Positions 8,376-11,248 of a DNA stretch of 11,248 nt are shown in pieces. The position numbers and the translations under genes are program-made. Origin of the DNA: an uncultured Chroococcidiopsis sp. (GTDB taxonomy: Bacteria > Cyanobacteriota > Cyanobacteriia > Cyanobacteriales > Chroococcidiopsidaceae); contig CAXTYC010000065.1 of NCBI GenBank assembly GCA_964248365.1, forward strand, positions 1-11,248. The letters run 5' to 3'. The notes under the pieces are model-generated. The model was given only the letters and a program-made list of their open reading frames with translations, was not told where the DNA came from and ran no database searches. Within the stretch, counting starts at the first letter, position 1; every line of letters starts with the position of its first letter.

Positions 8376-8982
8376 CAAACAACTGGGCTACCTTATCTAA
8401 ATCCTTATCTCCAGGGGCGCGTTCGACTCCGCTCGATAGGTCAATGCCATTGGGTTTAAGCTGTTCTAAAGCATCTAATACGTTATCTGGTGTAAGTCCG
8501 CCAGCTAGTAACCAAGGACAACCAGGCTGAAATTGTTGCAAGGTTTTCCAGTCTAAGGTAGCACCCGTACCACCTAGCATCTGAGGATGGTAAGCATCTA
8601 GTAGCAGGGTATCTACCCAGCCGCAGTACATCTGTGCTTTGTCCAGCGCTTGAGCATTTTTTACTCTCAGTGCTTTGATAATTTCTATGTTGGGTAACAT
8701 TGAGCGTAACTGCTGGCAAAATTCTGGTGATTCATCACCATGTAACTGCACACCTGTCAAGCCCGAAAAGGCGACTATTTCACAAATTTCCTCGGTCGTG
8801 CTGTCGGCAAAGACACCGATCCGATCTGTGTCTTCAAGCTGTTCTACCACTGCCCGAATTTGTACTTTTGTAACGTATCGGGGTGAGGAGGGTACACAGA
8901 TAAACCCTAAAGCTGTAGCGCCTGCAAGAGCGATCGCTTTGCCCTGTACTGGTTGTGTAATGCCGCAGATTTTAACTCGCAT
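8353..8982 (-). CDS. trpF: Phosphoribosylanthranilate isomerase (209 aa)
   Basis: MRVKICGIT start (ATG at 8982, not 9051), [32 protein letters not shown] and IDLSSGVE. Confidence 0.96.
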   Translation of the reverse strand: MRVKICGITQPVQGKAIALAGATALGFICVPSSPRYVTKVQIRAVVEQLEDTDRIGVFADSTTEEICEIVAFSGLTGVQLHGDESPEFCQQLRSMLPNIEIIKALRVKNAQALDKAQMYCGWVDTLLLDAYHPQMLGGTGATLDWKTLQQFQPGCPWLLAGGLTPDNVLDALEQLKPNGIDLSSGVERAPGDKDLDKVAQLFEKLETRG

Positions 8983-9101
8983 CGAGATTTGTATAGAAAA
9001 ATTAAAGTAATTGTTAACTATTAAAACAGATACTATTTCTGAGCTAAACAATTTTGATAATCCTTAAATTGTTAGCCTAATTTCATGTAGGAGCGAGAAC
9101 C

Positions 9102-9392
9102 TTGACTAATTTAATGTTACTACTAGCACAAGCAGCAGTCCAACCAACCGTACCTGACACCATTAAATGGAGCTGGACTGGCTCAGCCATCATCATTGGT
9201 GCTTCTCTAGTATCTCTTTTGATTATCCCCCGCACGATTCGCTTTCCGCACACTGGTAATAAGATGCCCCTTCCTTTCCCGTCGGTGTTCAATAATCCCA
9301 GCGTTGGTTCATTCCTTGCTTCAATGAGTACTGGTCACATAATCGGCATCGGTGCAGTTTTGGGGCTGAACAACCTGGGGCTTCTGAAGTAG
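9102..9392 (+). CDS. psaK: Photosystem I subunit PsaK (divergent type)
   Basis: Two TM helices, WS before helix 1, C-terminal [18 protein letters not shown] signature, and AGGAG 9089-9093 8 nt before TTG. Confidence 0.88.
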   Translation: MTNLMLLLAQAAVQPTVPDTIKWSWTGSAIIIGASLVSLLIIPRTIRFPHTGNKMPLPFPSVFNNPSVGSFLASMSTGHIIGIGAVLGLNNLGLLK

Positions 9393-9509
9393 CCATTGCT
9401 AGCAATCGTTTTTTGATGCGGTTATCCGTATAAAGGGGTAATCTACCAACCTGCTATTAACAGCTCGGTGGGTGGCTCCTTAAATTTAGGGTATTTGCTC
9501 TTTTTTAAC

Positions 9510-9573
9510 AAGACTGGTGGCGATCGCGTGTTAGCTAGGTACGGCTGGCGCTAATCGCAAGCAGTCTTTTTTT
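9510..9573 (+). terminator. Long imperfect hairpin with T7 tail (terminator or 3' end of a small RNA)
   Basis: AAGACTG/CAGTCTT, GCGAT/ATCGC and GTGTTAGCT/GGCTGGCGC stems, then T-run 9567-9573. Confidence 0.6.
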
Positions 9574-9610
9574 ATTTATTCTGGTAAGTAGGACAGATAT
9601 ATTTTTGTCA

Positions 9611-9723
9611 CGCAAAGACGCAAAGGCGCTAAGGAGAAAAGGGGACAAGGGGACAACCCGACAAGGGGAGAATTCACCTTTCTCTAGTTCCTCTGGTTCC
9701 TCTGGTTCCTCTGGTTCCTCTGG
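9611..9723. repeat. 8-mer (CGCAAAGG/GGACAAGG) and 9-mer (CTCTGGTTC x~4.5) tandem repeats
   Basis: 8-nt periodicity over 9611-9670. ctctagttc ctctggttc ctctggttc ctctggttc ctctgg at 9682-9723. Confidence 0.85.
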
Positions 9724-9763
9724 CCTCTAGCTCCTAGTTATAAATCTTTTTTAGGAAAATATT

Positions 9764-10960
9764 ATGCAAACAAGTTGGCGAATTGGGTCTTTATTTGGAA
9801 TTCCCCTATTTTTAGACCCTTTGTGGTTTATAATTCTTAGTTTTGTTACTCTCAATTTTGGTTTGAGTTATCTGCAATGGGGGGGTGTGTTAGGTTGGAG
9901 TGCTGGGTTAGTGATGGCGCTGCTGATGTTTGGTTCGGTGTTGTTGCACGAACTGGGTCATAGCTTGGTGGCGCGATCGCAAGGCATTAAGGTTAATTCA
10001 ATTACCCTGTTTTTGTTTGGTGGTATTGCGGCAATTGAGGAAGAATCGAAAACACCTGGAGGAGCTTTGCAGGTGGCGATCGCAGGTCCATCTGTCAGTA
10101 TTGTGTTGTCTCTTCTATTGGCGTTGCTAAGTTTTGTATTACCAGCATCTAGTTTAGCTAGTGTGATGATGGGAGATTTGGCAAGAATTAATTTGGTACT
10201 GGCGCTGTTTAATTTGTTGCCTGGGTTGCCTTTAGATGGTGGACAAATAGTGAAAGCTGTGGTATGGAAAGTTACAGGCAACCGCTTTCAAGCTGTACAC
10301 TGGGCGGCTCTAGCAGGTCAAATTTTGGGTTGGTTGGCGATCGCTGCTGGTGCAGCACTAGAATTCTTGACGGGCGAGTTAGTGGGCGGTCTGTGGCTGG
10401 TACTGTTGGGATGGTTTGGTATTCGCAACGCCGCTACCTATGACCGCGTGAGTACTTTACAACAAGCCTTGCTGAAGGTGGTTGCTGCTGATGCTATGAG
10501 CCGCGATTTTCGCGTCGTGGATGCAAATTCTTCCCTACGTTCTTTTGCCGACTTATACCTGCTAGAAACAGGGGCAAATCAGGTATATTATGCTGCTTCA
10601 GATGGGCGTTATCGAGGTATGGTTTCAATTGACGACTTGCGCCAGGTGGAAAGGAGTCAGTGGGAAAGTCAAACCGTGCAAAGTATTGTCAAACCGTTAA
10701 CGGAAATTCCTCATGTGGTGGAATCAACTAGTCTGGCGGAAGTAATTAATACAATGGAGAATGAGCAGTTACCTTGGATTACTGTGCTTTCTCCTGCGGG
10801 TGCTGTGGCGGGAATAATTGATCGGGGTGACATTGTGCGATCGCTAGTGCAAAAGTTGAAATTACGAATTTCTGATGCTGAAATTAAGCGGGTTAAAGAA
10901 GAGGGTAGCTATCCACCTGGTTTGCAATTGGGCATAATAGCGAAGTCAACCAAAAATTAA
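9764..10960 (+). CDS. Site-2 protease (M50 zinc metalloprotease) with C-terminal CBS domains
   Basis: HELGH, AIAGP and FNLLPGLPLDGG, multiple TM helices, and CBS-like AADAM...GMVSIDDL and GIIDRGDI. Confidence 0.93.
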   Translation: MQTSWRIGSLFGIPLFLDPLWFIILSFVTLNFGLSYLQWGGVLGWSAGLVMALLMFGSVLLHELGHSLVARSQGIKVNSITLFLFGGIAAIEEESKTPGGALQVAIAGPSVSIVLSLLLALLSFVLPASSLASVMMGDLARINLVLALFNLLPGLPLDGGQIVKAVVWKVTGNRFQAVHWAALAGQILGWLAIAAGAALEFLTGELVGGLWLVLLGWFGIRNAATYDRVSTLQQALLKVVAADAMSRDFRVVDANSSLRSFADLYLLETGANQVYYAASDGRYRGMVSIDDLRQVERSQWESQTVQSIVKPLTEIPHVVESTSLAEVINTMENEQLPWITVLSPAGAVAGIIDRGDIVRSLVQKLKLRISDAEIKRVKEEGSYPPGLQLGIIAKSTKN

Positions 10961-10982
10961 TAAGATTTTGATTTTGTGGCTA

Positions 10983-11047
10983 GTAGGGGTGAGTTTAATT
11001 TAAATATCTATTGTCGCTAGCGAGTTTTTTGGTGAACCCACCCCTAC
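10983..11047. repeat. GTAG-tagged palindromic (REP-like) element, best-preserved copy
   Basis: GTAGGGGTGAGTTT (10983-10996) ... GAACCCACCCCTAC (11034-11047), 12/14 complementary, 65 bp in total. Confidence 0.75.
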
Positions 11048-11211
11048 TCTTCGTTCACATCAAAATTAACTCGCTGATAAATATCGCTAAATTGGATTTG
11101 AAACTCTATTGACTCAAGTGCTAATACTGCATTTTCTGACTCATATTCAGTTAATACCCATTTACCTTGTGAATTTTTATTGAACTGCTCAACATACAGC
11201 GGATTGAAGGT
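11044..11211 (-). pseudogene. C-terminal fragment of a Uma2/DUF820-family putative endonuclease
   Basis: My translation is YVEQFNKNSQGKWVLTEYESENAVLALESIEFQIQFSDIYQRVNFDVNEE*, which resembles cyanobacterial Uma2 C-termini. An in-frame TAA lies at 11214-11212, with no ATG between it and the homologous part. Confidence 0.65.
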
Positions 11212-11248
11212 TTATGAGGTACAGTAACAACAGTTTGTAAACCAGTTT

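Noticed and set aside
8983..9051. 23-aa N-terminal extension of TrpF in the ORF track
   Set aside because: The family starts at MRVKICG. The extension is AT-rich divergent promoter DNA.
8995..9075. RpaB HLR1 site upstream of psaK
   Set aside because: Plausible for a PSI gene, but I found no adequate pair of (G/T)TTACA(T/A)(T/A) direct repeats.

Overview
Cyanobacterial chromosomal segment: 15 perfect HIP1 octamers (GCGATCGC), 7-9 nt tandem repeats in intergenic spaces, and psaK. The core is the established alkane-biosynthesis neighbourhood ado-aar-accA-SDR-folE (+), followed by convergent trpF (-), divergent psaK (+) and a CBS-domain M50 site-2 protease (+). To the left are a 69-aa putative membrane protein behind an NtcA-like promoter, a 343-aa hypothetical protein, and an orphan carbohydrate ABC permease coupled to a small 'transporter suffix'-like ORF (-). 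The right edge holds a broken Uma2-like fragment and the left edge a possible IS/MITE end. The gene content is mostly known biology and I cannot support a wholly new system. The most notable departures are: (1) an AccA with clustered changes in normally near-invariant active-site motifs, drifting toward the PccB-type consensus; (2) four GTAG-tagged palindromic elements, each just after a stop codon; (3) inverted, G-quadruplex-capable repeats bracketing aar; (4) a GU-rich HIP1-containing hairpin after psaK. All family assignments come from motif recognition and recall, not database searches.
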